NCBI GenBank assembly: GCA_973895155.1
Contig: OZ316895.1
Coordinates: 13,822,225 to 13,886,224, forward strand
Source: Marsupella aquatica
Lineage: Eukaryota > Plantae > Marchantiophyta
Direction: 5' to 3'
Length of the DNA: 64,000 nt
Made by a program: the position numbers and the translations under genes. This document shows positions 12,953 to 25,391 of the stretch, one piece after another. The notes beneath the pieces are model-generated. The model saw only the letters and a list, made by a program, of their open reading frames with translations. It did not search any database and was not told the origin of the DNA. The stretch's first letter is position 1. Each line of letters begins with the position of its first letter.

Positions 12953-15308
12953 CGCCCAAGGAGCGATGTCTGGACTGGAGAAGCTTTAGAGTACGAGAGA
13001 GCCACTCCTAATGCAGAATTGGCTCAGAAGAATCGTAACAATTAGCAGACTTGGAAAAGGGAGGTTTATGCTGATTTTCATCGTCTTCTCCAAATTTTGT
13101 GCATTTCGTGTATTTGCTCTAAATATTTGAAAGAGATACATGACAATAATTTTAATTTCTTTGTATCGGTTTAATCCTCTATTAATTGTGTAGTGATACG
13201 ACAATAATTTCTATGTATAGTTTTAGTGCTCTGTTTATTGTGGAATGATTTAATGCTAGGTTACCTGAATGTATATTTTACATGTGTAATTGTAGTCTAA
13301 TATATAAATAGTCTTTATAAAAAAATTTGTAAATATTATTTTTATTTAATATCAGTGATCTATTTTACTTTATAAAAAATATTTATTAAATAATATCTTC
13401 TTCATTTAAGTTTATAATATATTATTTTATTTCTTAAGTTATTTTTAATTTATCTATTTTTCATTGAAAATAACTATTTTGGATCACACATGGTTTATAT
13501 AGTTTTTGATAGTCAACCCACTACTGTTTCATCATTTTCTTTGCATTTTCTGAATGACTCCAAGTTCTGGAAGGTATATGACAGTAATCCTGTTTTTTCC
13601 CTACGTTTTGTTTGTTAGCTTCCAATTGTTGTGGAAAGGCTTGTTTGAAGGCTTCCAGATAAATTTTTAAGGTTTGTCATTTTTAGCCCATTGTGGCAAA
13701 TGTCACCGTGTTTGCTGAAGAAGATACTAGAAATATTCTTTACCTAATTTTCATAAATTAATTCATGACCCTCATATATCCCTAAATTTAAGTATAACTT
13801 ACGGCTGCAGGTAAATGATCAGCAGGCTAATGGAAGACAAAGGACTCGCTAAGACTTCTCAAAGAGGTGGAATCTAGTGAAGTTTTGCCACTAAAAAAGC
13901 CCTGCCTATTGCAACATGAGTGGGGTCTTGTGTTCAGCTCAGGTGTCCAGGAGTGATTGGTGATCAACTTTAGTTCAGTGAATGGCCCATCCCAATGAGT
14001 TCCGCTCCAACTTGTAAATAAATCAATTTATAAATGGGTTCTACTCCACACAGTCTAATGTGGGTTAGGGATCTTAAACTTTAAAACATAATGCACCTTA
14101 ACTACAGAGGTTGGTTAAGGTCACACAGAGAAAGCTATGAAGTAGCAAATTCATAATCCATAAGTGTCATATATTGTAGACTTGTGAAAATAGAATTTTA
14201 AAATACAATTGCACATCAGGAAATGGGGTGCTGAATATTCTTTGTATATTCATTGTTGACAAAAACTGTGCGGGGTACATCAATGAAACTATGTTGTGTC
14301 CTTGCGCATATCATATTGACCCATCATTACTGTTAATCCAAGGTTTATATATTGATTCATTGCTTTGTAGCGTTTAATGATTGCATCATTGACTCTTCAT
14401 TGGATTTTCAATATTATTTCATGGCTAACATAATATGCAATAATTTGCAATAATCCATCATTGCCCAATCACTATTAAAATGTCACTATTTCAATATTCA
14501 AACATCAGTGTGGAATTAGCATGTTTTCAATGCTATATCATTGGCGAATCAGCATGTTTTCAATGTTACATCATGGTCCCCACGATGTTCTTTCATTGTC
14601 ATTTCAATGTTTGAATCAACATGCTTTCAATGATAAATCATTATCCCCTCAATGCTCATTCATCTGCATTTCAATGATCGTTCATGGTTCTTTTATTGTC
14701 AATTAATGTGCATAGATTTAATGTCAATTCATCGTCATGATTTCATCACCTTTCATTGTTGATAAATTTTGTTGTGAATGACACTGACAGTGATAATTTG
14801 GAGTTGACAAGTATTTAATTTAGTCAAGGAACCATGTCCAAATTCTTTAGAATTCACAAAATTTGGTGCCACCAAGCAAGGTGGAAAACAAAATGGGGAA
14901 TGTATAAGTAGTTCAAAAGTTGACCACAACTTATGTGCATTTCAATAACAGTTAAATGACTAGCATAAAATTATGCTATAGAACATTATGATTGAGTGAG
15001 ACACGGCATTCCAAATATTAGGGTCAATGAAACAGATTTGATGAGCACACAAAATATGAACAATAAACTCTATATTCTTTCTCTTCTGTGAAGGGCAGTG
15101 ATATATTATTGTGACCTAATCTCTGTCTAGTGTTCAGGTTACAGCTGTGTAAGGTTTTTTGTCCACCCCTGCTATAGTGATAAGTTAAGGCCCTAACACA
15201 ACAGAGCCTCGTAATTATATTTACAAAATTCTATAATGTCTGGACGGAATCTGAAAAAATGAAGGATCAAAAGCACACAATGACTGGGACTCAATCAAGA
15301 ACACTTAC

Positions 15309-17047
15309 CTTCTGCCTCTTTTTATTAACATCATCCTTGTGCTCTTCTTTATAATAGCTTTTAGAACCATCCAAGTCTTGGCAAAGATTGGATGGGAATT
15401 TATGTTGAAGTCCCTGTCAACAAGGTTTCCTACCCCTTTCAATGATCAAAGTTCACTGGCACGATGGATGACACGATTATACCCGTTCATCATGTTCGTT
15501 AAGGTTGCTAAAGGATATTGACCTCCATCAACCTTGACGGCGTTGGCAAACACATTGCTAAAAAGCTCAGCTTGTGCATTGGTAAATCCCCGAGTGGGAT
15601 ACTCATGTCCCATGTCAAAACACTATGCAATGATTCAGCACGTTTAGTAGCTCATCGATCATTGTTCTCAGACAGCTGTTTTTCTTGTCAGTTCCCTACA
15701 TCAGCCAATCCACGGTAAGGAACTAGTTGTAACCTAGGGACATTGACCTCCATTGACACTGTGTCCTAGTGCATTCACTTTGATCTCCCTTCCACATGAC
15801 TGATTATGGTAGAATTGGTCGCATGTGAGGCAAATTATCCACATAGCATTCATCAAGAAACACAGATATATCAAAATTCTAAATGTCAAGCTGCGGCTCC
15901 TGGAGATCGTTTAGGAACAGATCCTAGCCTCCTGGATTGTCAGGGTACACGGCCTCTAAGCTAACATCGACTGCAGGAATATGCATAATTTTTTCGTCCG
16001 TGGTGTTTTTCCCAAACTCCATAATCTCAGAGGGAGATATCGCCCAACAAAGAGAGTTGCTGATAGTAAAAAATGTCACTAGCCTATCGACACTCTCCCA
16101 TCTAAGAGCTTTAATTTCCTTACAACATGATGCAGCCATTCTAAACGAATACAAGTGAAAATTGAATGAACTTGAATCAAAAATTGGAAGAGAGGATAGA
16201 CCTGCAACTTGCACACAATTTCTGCTATGGAGTTTGAATCTCCTCGATCATCCTTGCCACTTGCATACGCCATTGTCAAACTTCTTCAATGTGATGGTGC
16301 TTTCCTCACTCTTCCTTCAAAAATCAAAGAGCACTCACAATGTTGAAAGAGAAAAAAATGTCTCAAATCACGGGAAGCATGCACATGAAACCAGAGATTC
16401 AAAATTAGTAGCGCCGCAACAGGCAAACAAAAAGCACACACAGCAATTAAATTTCTTGAATGAACGATAACAAGAACACTAAACTGAGATTATGTATGTT
16501 AAGGACTGTTTGTTTCGGCCATTACCAGGGTGTATCGGCCCTCCCCGGTCCTTCCCCTGTCTATCTCAACTACCGCCAGTCGACTATGTCAGGACCTGGT
16601 CGGTCCATTACACCCAGGTAATGGCCGGCCAAACCGTCCTTATCTTATACATAATCCTCTACTGCAAGAACCACACTCCACTTGCCTAGTGCAAACCTGC
16701 AATTAACAATTTCTAGTGCACAGCTTAGAGAACTACATATTGAAAAACACCAATTAATACCAGCCAGGTAACATATGGCGTCAATCTTGATTGACTGATA
16801 AGAGGTTCTTCACTTGCCTCCATATTGCCTCTCTGAGGCAATTTGTTTTGTTTTTTAGAGCACGTTTAGTTGCCCTACGTACTTGCATTTGACCATTGGG
16901 GGTTTTTTCCACCACTGCTCGGGTGATCAATTTTAAAGGTTGTGTTCCAATACAGTTTTGATGCAGCCGCAATTGTTTAGATGATTGGCTGGATTTATTG
17001 TCCTTCCCTCTGCCCTGCACTTCCTTGCTCCCATATATGCTAGGCAC
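15309..17047 (-). pseudogene. Possible decayed spliced gene of unknown family
   Basis: Exon-like block 15413-15309 (tgacag|GLQHKFPSNLCQDLDGSKSYYKEEHKDDVNKKRQK|gtaag), plus stop-interrupted coding-like frames at about 16320-15900 and 17047-16781. No family recognised. Confidence 0.25.
16500..16642. mobile_element. Tourist/PIF-Harbinger-like MITE (about 140 bp)
   Basis: Imperfect terminal inverted repeats of about 35-40 bp: left taaggactgtttgtttcggccattaccagggtgta, reverse complement of right taaggacggtttggccggccattacctgggtgta. GGNNTGTTTG-type ends with TTA/TAA flanks. Confidence 0.8.
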
Positions 17048-17179
17048 ATCTAATCCTCATTATGTCCGTAATGCCAATTAGATAAAAAGAGGTGAACCAA
17101 GACTTAAGAGTTAACCTAACACACATAGGGGTGATATGACTATTTAGGTGCAAATCTAGAGTGAGTTGAGTGTAGTCTC

Positions 17180-17440
17180 TCACTTGAACTCAAGAGCTTT
17201 GGGATGTGCTTCACTCAAAGTCACCAGCACTTCTGGAGAATGTTCCCCACAAGCCTCTTAGTTGAACTGAAGAGCTTTGGGATATGCTTCACTCTAAGTC
17301 ACCAACAGTTTTGCAAATGTGTCTCAACCAAAGTACTTGTGGAGAATGTTCCCCACAAGCCTCTTAGTTGAACTGAAGAGCTTTGGGATATGCTTCACTC
17401 TAAGTCACCAGCAGTTTTGCAAATGTGTCTCAACCAAAGT
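17180..17440. repeat. Near-perfect 106 bp tandem duplication plus a partial third copy; dispersed repeat family
   Basis: tggagaatgttccccacaagcctcttagttgaactgaagagctttgggatatgcttcactctaagtcacc starts at 17234 and 17340. A related motif occurs at 38830-38868. Confidence 0.9.
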
Positions 17441-17635
17441 TTCATGAGTCAATCTTTGTTGGTGCAAGAATTTATGTTCTTGGGTGATGATCCTTCCTTT
17501 TATCCCGCTCATTTTTGTAAGTATCAATTTTCTGCTTTGCCACTAAAGATGTTCAAATTTTTATTATATTTCTATATATGTCATTATTTTGGTATATAGT
17601 TACCCTGGTCGTCCATATAGGAATCCATGGCATAC

Positions 17636-17850
17636 TTGTAAATACGACAAATAACTGTGGGAGCATTGTCAATTGGGGCATTTTTAGTGGCAAAATACTT
17701 AATCAAATTTGCAAATACAACAAATAACTGTGGGAGCATTGTCAATTGGAGCATCGTTAGTTGCAAAGTACTTAATCAAATTTGTAAATACAACAAATAC
17801 CTGTGAGAGCATTGTCAATTGAAGCATCTTTAATTAGCCAAGTACTTAAA
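17636..17850. repeat. Tandem repeat, about 72 bp unit x 3
   Basis: aaatac(g/a)acaaata(a/c)ctgtg(g/a)gagcattgtcaattg...tacttaa occurs three times. Confidence 0.85.
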
Positions 17851-18033
17851 AGCTATAAGTCTAATGGCCCCAATGCCACCCTTAATCTAGGGTCCCATCG
17901 AATACCTTGGTGCCACACGCATGGAGAAGATTCCAATGCAGCTTCCTGTGAATTCGCTTTCTTTCCAATTCCTCTGCTGCTCCTTCTCCTTTTCCATTGA
18001 CTGGTGTTCTGTGCTGCACCGAAAACATAATTA

Positions 18034-18062
18034 CTGTGCTGTGCTGTGCTGTGCTGTGCTGC
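18034..18062. repeat. (CTGTG)n microsatellite
   Basis: ctgtgctgtgctgtgctgtgctgtgctgc is directly visible. Confidence 0.9.
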
Positions 18063-18446
18063 GGAATGGAATCATCTCAATCTTGTGTTAAGCCTCTTCT
18101 CCATTGGGACACATCTCAATCTTGTTGGGTCTCTCCTTTGGAACCTCATCTCCATGTTTCGGTGGAAAACGGTGCACAAATGTCAGTTTGATGCACAATC
18201 ATTGAGAAGGTGGAGTAAGTCATCAAGTCAGTCCACGATCGTTCTCTCCGGTTCTCTTTCTCTGTGGGCGGAATTCGTGCCGGAGCAGTGAATGGGGCTC
18301 GAAGCGAGACAGAAGCAAGGTGTGGTAGTGCTGTAGATGCTTCTTGTGACTTGGAACTGCTCGCTCATTGTTTCGGCAGCGGCGGCTCTCAGCTCAGCTC
18401 AGCAGCTTGTCCGGTGCTTCATTCAGCCCATGCGCCTCTCATCACC

Positions 18447-21400
18447 ATGGCCGGTACTGTATTTCCAATCGTCTCAACTTTTCGTTCTTTCTTTTCCTTC
18501 CGTGTTTCAGCGAAGTTTTGTAGTCGATCTCCCTCTCCCCCGAGTATCTTGATTGTTCTTGATTCAGCTCACTAGAAATTGCTGGTTCATGCTTATAATC
18601 GATCGGATTGAACTGGATTCGATTCGATTGAGTTGAATTGAATTGAATCGAATCGAATCGAATTGGATGGTCGTCGAGGTGATCGCACTCTCTCCCTCTT
18701 CGGGGGCCCGGTGATTAGAGAGATAGACTGGTATATTCTTCCTTGCAGTGGATCCAGGATGTGGAGGGGGTTTGTGGGCGTCTTGTGATTTATAGAGATT
18801 GGATGTTAGTTGAGGTAATGGAAGTATATATTGGGGGCCGTAATTGGAGGAAGAGGGGTATCTCCTTCCTTGCATGGACACAGGATATGGAGGGCGTCGT
18901 CTGATTTAGATATCGTAAGGTCGCTGAGGTGATCGAATTAGCTCTTCTGAGTGGGCCGTAATTAGAGAGTGGTATCTCCTGCCTTGCAATGGACACAGGA
19001 TATGGAGGGCGTCGTCTGATTTAAAGATTGGATGGTCCCTAAGGTGATGGAATCATCCCCTTCGAGTGGGCCGTAATTAGAGAGTGGTATCTCCTGCCTT
19101 GGAACGGACACAGGCGATGGAAGGGTTTTGTGGGCGTCGTCTGGTTGAAGGATTGGATTGGTTCGTGGCCATGCCTTGCAATGTAATGCACCTCACTACG
19201 CGGATTTGGGTCATCAATGCGAGTCAGGTCCTGTCTTGTCCAGTCATGTTTCATACACGTACAACTTTTTCGCACGCCCGGCTTTGGGCAATGGATAAGT
19301 CATTTGGGGACTTTGTTCTATTCAATCTTTACCGTCGGTCCGCCCACAAGACTGACGATTGCGAGTACTATCCAAAAACAAATTATTTTTTAAACAAAGT
19401 CAGCAATTCAACGGAAACGATTGTCGCCAAGGCAGTTTGTGTTCACACGAATCTCACGTCAAACAATTCTCTTCGCTTCAGTGGGTTTTCATGTCGTTTA
19501 TGCATGGCTTGAACCGGAGCCTCGCTTGGACAGCGCTGTGAATGAGTTTGTAGAATGGGCAAGCGCGTAGACCAGTGGTGGTCCAGAACTTTGTTTGTCC
19601 AGTTTACCACTTGAGCTGCCGGTGTGGTGGTGTCCAGACTCATTGTGGTCATGTGTCTGGAGTAGAGACTCCTGTGCGGAACAGGGGAATATGAGGGTAT
19701 CAGTTTACTTTGTAGGGTCCTGTCCTGATCAATTTGTTTGTTCTGCTCCAGCTGGTGTAGGGCAGCTCGGTCTGCTTGTAATTCCCTGTGCTGCTACATT
19801 CAACTCAAACGCTTCCCACCAAGGTCGAATTGAGGGCCTGCGTCACGCATCCATCCTTCCACGGAGGAAATCTCACTCAGTTTGTACTCATCTTCAAGCG
19901 ACAAACCTGTACCCTCGTGAGACCAAAGAAGCACGACGAAGTATGACGACTCACGGTGAGTACAGTAACTTACCTTGTCGTTGATGGCCTCAGGTAATTG
20001 TTTTTTCGATCGAATCCGGATCTTGACAGTGACATCATGGCACCTCTAGTTACCACCTATCCAATTGTGGATTGCTAATGCTGTGTACTCAAATCCATAT
20101 GCGAGGAGAGATATGCATGAGACATTCAACGGTACAGTTGAAGGAAGTTCGGAGGACAATTTTTGTGCTTTCACCGTTTCCCTCTACAAGGAATGCTCCA
20201 ATTCACATGCTGGGTGATCGTTTTATGGTTCTCCTGGCAGCTGCTGTGTCGACTGGTAGTGAACCTGCAGTAGAAGCCCCAGTGGTTGACTTCAAAAAGC
20301 TGCAAAATGGCAGGTGTGTCCCACTGCTTACCGTGATGAATATCAAATGCAGCATTCAGCTTGTACAATAATGCAACGTGCTCAATTTTGTTTCTTGTGG
20401 CTACGTCCCGGCGCTGCTTGTGGTGACGGATTCAAGGGTCTTAAGTCTGCTGGGATACTGAAGGCTGTGATTGCAAGTATGACTCCAAACAAATATCTTC
20501 TGGAACGTTTCGAGCAGTGTTTTGGAATTGTACGTAACTGTCCTGACGATTAAGCGTCTTTTTGCAGTGATATTCGAGGGGTAGCAGTCTCCGGAGTGGA
20601 GGGAGAACCTGTGAATCTCACAGAACCGATTACAGAGGCTATTGCCGCTGGTTTTGCTGGCTGGCTAGTGGACAGAAAGAATGTAAACGGTAGCCGGAAG
20701 CTTAAAATCTCAATTGGTCATGACTCCAGAATTTCGGCTGAATCTCTCCAGGTAGTAATTGAGCAGAGCTCCATAGAACAAGAGACATAATCACTCAATT
20801 TCTTTTTTGAGCATCTGATGGAAATGTTTCGGAAACCCTTGTTGGGTGCTCTCTGTTGAAGCTGACTGTGAAATTATTGGTTTACTTGCAGTCAGCTGCT
20901 GCCCGAGGCATCACGGGAGAAGGGTTGGATGTGATACTCTACGGGTAAGGACCATGGTTCAGATAAAGGAGTCTTAATCCACTTGTGACGTCTCTTGTTT
21001 GGTCGTTGTTTTCAAAAGCACTTTTTGTCCAATGTCGGTACCGTTCTGAGTATAAAGCTCCTTTCTCTGGATTTGATTACAGGTTAGCCTCTACACCAGC
21101 CATGTTCAACAGCACCTTGACAAAGGATGAAGCTTTGTTGTGTCCTGTTGATGGTTCTATTGTCCTTACAGGTATACCCTATCTGGCTGTGTTGAATCTG
21201 AGTGTTTGTGCGAGGACCTTACTTCATAACTGATCCCAATGACGGTCCTTGTTTGACAGAGAGATGAGTGCAAACTGTCTAAACGTTCCCTTGCACCTGG
21301 CACTTGTGCTGCAGCTAGTCATCTGCCATACAATCGCAATGGACTCAAATTTTTCACCAATTCTGGTGGACTTGGGAAAGGTGACATCACTGATATCTTG

Positions 21401-24400
21401 GCCCGGGCATCTAAGATTTATGATCTAAAGAGAAACAAATCCAATACGAATTCTGAGGGGGCGAGTTTTCCCAGAGTGGACTACATGGAGCGTTACACGC
21501 AGGACCTTGTCGAAGCTGTCCGTAAAGGAAGTTTTGGCCTCGGTGAGTACTCTAGAATGTTAGTAAGAAGTGTGTCATTCACTCCGTTGAATAGAACTTC
21601 AAATGATGAGACTTTGAAGTACATCTGAATTGGGGCTTATAGCCCTCTGTGATCATTGATATCTATTAGTTAAATTTCGATAATTGGATCTGTATGCTCG
21701 AGCGTATGTATACTACAGGTTGAAAGTTGCATTTTGGTGATTGCATTGCGTGTGACGTCTCTCACATTTCTCTCTTCGATGGGTCTCAATGTTCTCAAAC
21801 TTTTTATGGTATGCAGAGCGCCCGCTCGAGGGGTTCCATATTGTAGTAGATGCAGGGAATGGTGCAGGCGGCTTCTTTGCAGTATGTGACATTGCCCGCT
21901 TCTGGCATTGTTCTGTCTCTCCTCATTCGCTATTGTGGATTTTTCTCTGGACCCCAGAGGATTTGAATTGCTGCTTGTATCTTACCTGTCCGGAAAGTTG
22001 CAACTTCTGAGAGCCCTTTGTGTGGAGAGCTCATTTCTGAATTACATTGGTCCTATTGAAGTTTGATTCATTGTGGAGTCTGCTCAAAGCTTATTTTTGC
22101 TCGATTAAACTGGAATGCATGGTTCTAACAGGGAAAAGTATTGGAACCGTTAGGAGCAGTTACTACTGGAAGTCAATTTCTAGACCCAGATGGTACGTGC
22201 ACTAAATGATGCCCTGTTGGATTAATTTCTTAGTGCTTCCTGGTTAGAGTCACAGATTACTACTAGGACGATGATGATGTTCAAATCACGTGGAGACTTT
22301 CTGTACAATGTATGTTGGGAATCCACCCCTTATGATGAGGGACGGTTTTCATAACCAGGAAAGTGTTGTGGTCCTTGCAAATTAGCATGAAATTTCCCTT
22401 CGTCCACTATCCGAGGTGATGGTTTCTGTGCTCTCAGAGGAAGAGTCGAATGTACATGTACTTGTTATCAAGTGGGTAGATAAGACCACTTGAGCTAGTG
22501 CTTTGCAGGCCTGGAATTGGCTCTTTCATGTTGGTTGCAAGCAAGAGTGTTTTAAACTCTCTTGATTTCTTTTCTGATCAAGAATCAAGAACAGCCGGGC
22601 CAGGGTCCCTGATAATGTCCAAGCAGAAGATTTTATGAACAAAAACTATGTCACTCTTGATTATCTTTATATGTTTGGCCTTAAATGTATGCCTGGTTTT
22701 CATATTTGTTCAGGCATGTTTCCAAATCATATCCCTAATCCTGAGGATAAAGATGCCATTGAAGCAATAAAAAAAGCAGTGCTTGAGCAGAAGGCCGATC
22801 TTGGTATTATATTTGACACCGATGTCGACAGGTGAAACCTTGCCTTACAACCTAGACTTATCCATTCTGCTTCAGCACGGTCGAAGCGCTCATATTTATC
22901 TTTTCGCGCAGCATATGACAAGGATGGATTTTAGAACAAGGAAGATCATCTCCTTTGTGGCTGTGGGAGCAAAGTATATTGGTGTTCCCAAGCATAGAAA
23001 ATAGCATCTCCTTTCAAAATCTGAAACATAGCTGCAAAATGTGGTGATGGCAGGTCTGCAGCTGTGGATTCAAGTGGACGTGAGCTCAACCGAAATCGCC
23101 TCATAGCCCTGATGTCTGCGATAGTGCTGGCAGAGGTGCATTTTAGAACTTTCATTGCGTCACATTCTCTCAAATCCTTCTAGTTGTTAAGTTTGGCGGT
23201 TTTCCTCACAGCTTGCTTGGTTACCTTGCGCTTCGTTGGATGTTTTCTTTTCATCTCATGTTCTACCTGAATGCTCCAGCACCCAGGGACTACAATCGTC
23301 ACTGACAGCGTCACATCTGACGGTCTCACCACGTTTATCGAACAAAAACTTGGTACCTGGCTCTGCTCATGAGTTACTTGCTTCACTTTGAAAGTGTTTT
23401 TCTTCTAGACTCGTTGTTCAAGGTGTGAATCGCTAGCCATGTCTAAGTTTGGGATTTTACAAGTTGATTCTTAATAAGTTGATTGGATTGGAGGTGATTA
23501 CAACCTACATGATTAGTCCCCCAGTGACTGGTTGAATTTCTCACACGAATCTCTGCATCAGGTGGAAAGCATCACCGTTTCAAGAGAGGATACAAAAATG
23601 TCATCGACGAAGGCATCCGTTTGGTATGAGGCTCTCCGTTTGTTATCTCCGTGAGAACTTGTTAACATATTAATCTTTGATATCACGATACGACAGCACG
23701 ACCACTCCCCTTTCTGAGATTACAATCATTACTTGAATCCGCTAATTCATTGAAATTTACCAAAAGCTTTACGAGGACAATCTAGTATTACGTTTTTGAG
23801 GAGTCTATAGTACTTACGATCTTTTCTCAATACTTAGAAGGCATGTTTGTTCCTGCAGACCCAATCGGGAATTGAAACGCACCTAGCCATTGAGACAAGT
23901 GGTCATGGTGCCTTGCAAGAGAACAACTGGCTGGATGACGGAGCTTACCTTATGGTATTCATTATGCAACCTGTCAGATTTGAGTAGTGAAAGGCCATGT
24001 TTGTTTTTTATGACTTGTCCCCTGGAATCAGGTTTATCATCTCCCTGACTTATTAGGGAGGGTGAACTGTAACGATAGTTTGAAACGTCAGGATACTGTT
24101 TCTTTCCACCTTCTTCCAGGAAATCAGTTTCCTACCATTCCCCACGATTAATGCTTGGCCCCTATCAGTAGTTGAACTACAATTTTATCATCCAGGGAGA
24201 AAACTTCATTTTACAATTACTACAAATTTTGATGTCAGGTTAAGCTGCTGATCAAGCTGGCAGCAGCAAAAGCTGCTGGAGAAGGGAAAGGCAGTGAGGC
24301 ACTTTCAAACTTGATAGGAGAACTCAAGGAAGCAGAAGTTGCATCTGAATTGAGATTCAAGATTGACCAAAAGCACCCAGATCTTGGCATTGGGTATTAT

Positions 24401-25391
24401 TCCTGTGCTTTCAAGTGCCAACTTGCAGGAGCAACCTCTTCATAGATTTGAGTTGCAGTCTTGAGAATCCTAACTTTGATCGTTACATCAATCATCTCTA
24501 TACTTCGGACTTATTGCCCGTTTGAATTGTACGGTGACTACAGCACCTTTCGAGAATATGGTGAGAGGGTCCTAAGTAAATTGGAGAGCGTTATCAAGTC
24601 AGACCCCAACTTACAGAAAGCTGCCGTCAACCATGAGGGTGTACGTATTCCCCAAACACAATTTTAGTTGGGCATGCATTCGTGGAATTTTTTAATTTTT
24701 ATTGTTAAATTTTCCTCTCTGAGCATGATGAGTTGTGCAAAGTACTTTCTTTGGATATGTATCTCCTATAACCGTAATTTATGGCATCTTTCACAGGTAC
24801 GAGTCTCTGGTTATGGAGGATGGTTCCTTCTGCGTTTATCTTTGCATGATCCTGTTCTTCCACTTAACATTGAGGTATTTATTTTCACAAAGATCAAAAG
24901 TGAACTTCGTTGAATTGGTTGATTTGCAAACAGAGATGCATGGGCAACCGTTGTGGAGCTCTTCTGTAGAGCTCACTGGTTTTACAATCCCCATGTTTAA
25001 TGCCCATCGTGACGATCTTGTTAGCTTTGTCATGTTGAGGCTTTTAATCAGTCAATTTCCCCGATAATACCATGCAGTGAGTTAGAACTGTGTTAATATT
25101 GCTAAGTTGAAGCACTCTAACCTAGCCTGGTCGGTAGGGAAGAACAACGCATATTCTAGCTGAATCTCAACGTTACATTTCAATCATTACGAAGGCTTCA
25201 TATGTAGTACTTTCAGGGATAATCACGTTTACTGTGGTGGTTAATTGAGCGTTTGGTTTAAAATCCAGGCACCCTCAGAAGAAGCAGCTGGAAAACTTGG
25301 AGCCCGTGTTTTAAATGTCGTGGAAGAGTTCGAAGCTCTAGATATTTCCCCCCTAGCCAAATTTGTCAGCAGTACTTGCATAATCAAGTAG
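18447..25391 (+). CDS. Alpha-D-phosphohexomutase (PMM/PGM/GlmM superfamily), At5g17530-like, probably plastid-targeted; about 18 exons
   Basis: Spliced product contains KLQNGSDIRG, GHDSRIS, GLASTPAMF, the catalytic TASHLP loop, VVDAGNGAGG, the metal-binding FDTDVDR loop, ETSGH and GWFLLRLSLHDP. Last exon 25269-25391 ends in TAG. The start is inferred from a 7-nt first exon ATGGCCG|gt (18447-18453) spliced to 19716; the 5' end is less certain than the core. Confidence 0.9.
18690..19145. repeat. Intronic tandem repeat, about 115-128 bp unit x 4
   Basis: gggccgtaattagagag.ggtatctcct.ccttgc..ggacacaggat.tggaggg..tcgtctgattta recurs with anchors near 18730, 18858, 18972 and 19087. Confidence 0.85.

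Noticed and set aside
22325-22420. ATGATGA...CCGA intronic snoRNA candidate in the phosphohexomutase gene
   Set aside because: Non-canonical D box and no recognisable rRNA complementarity.
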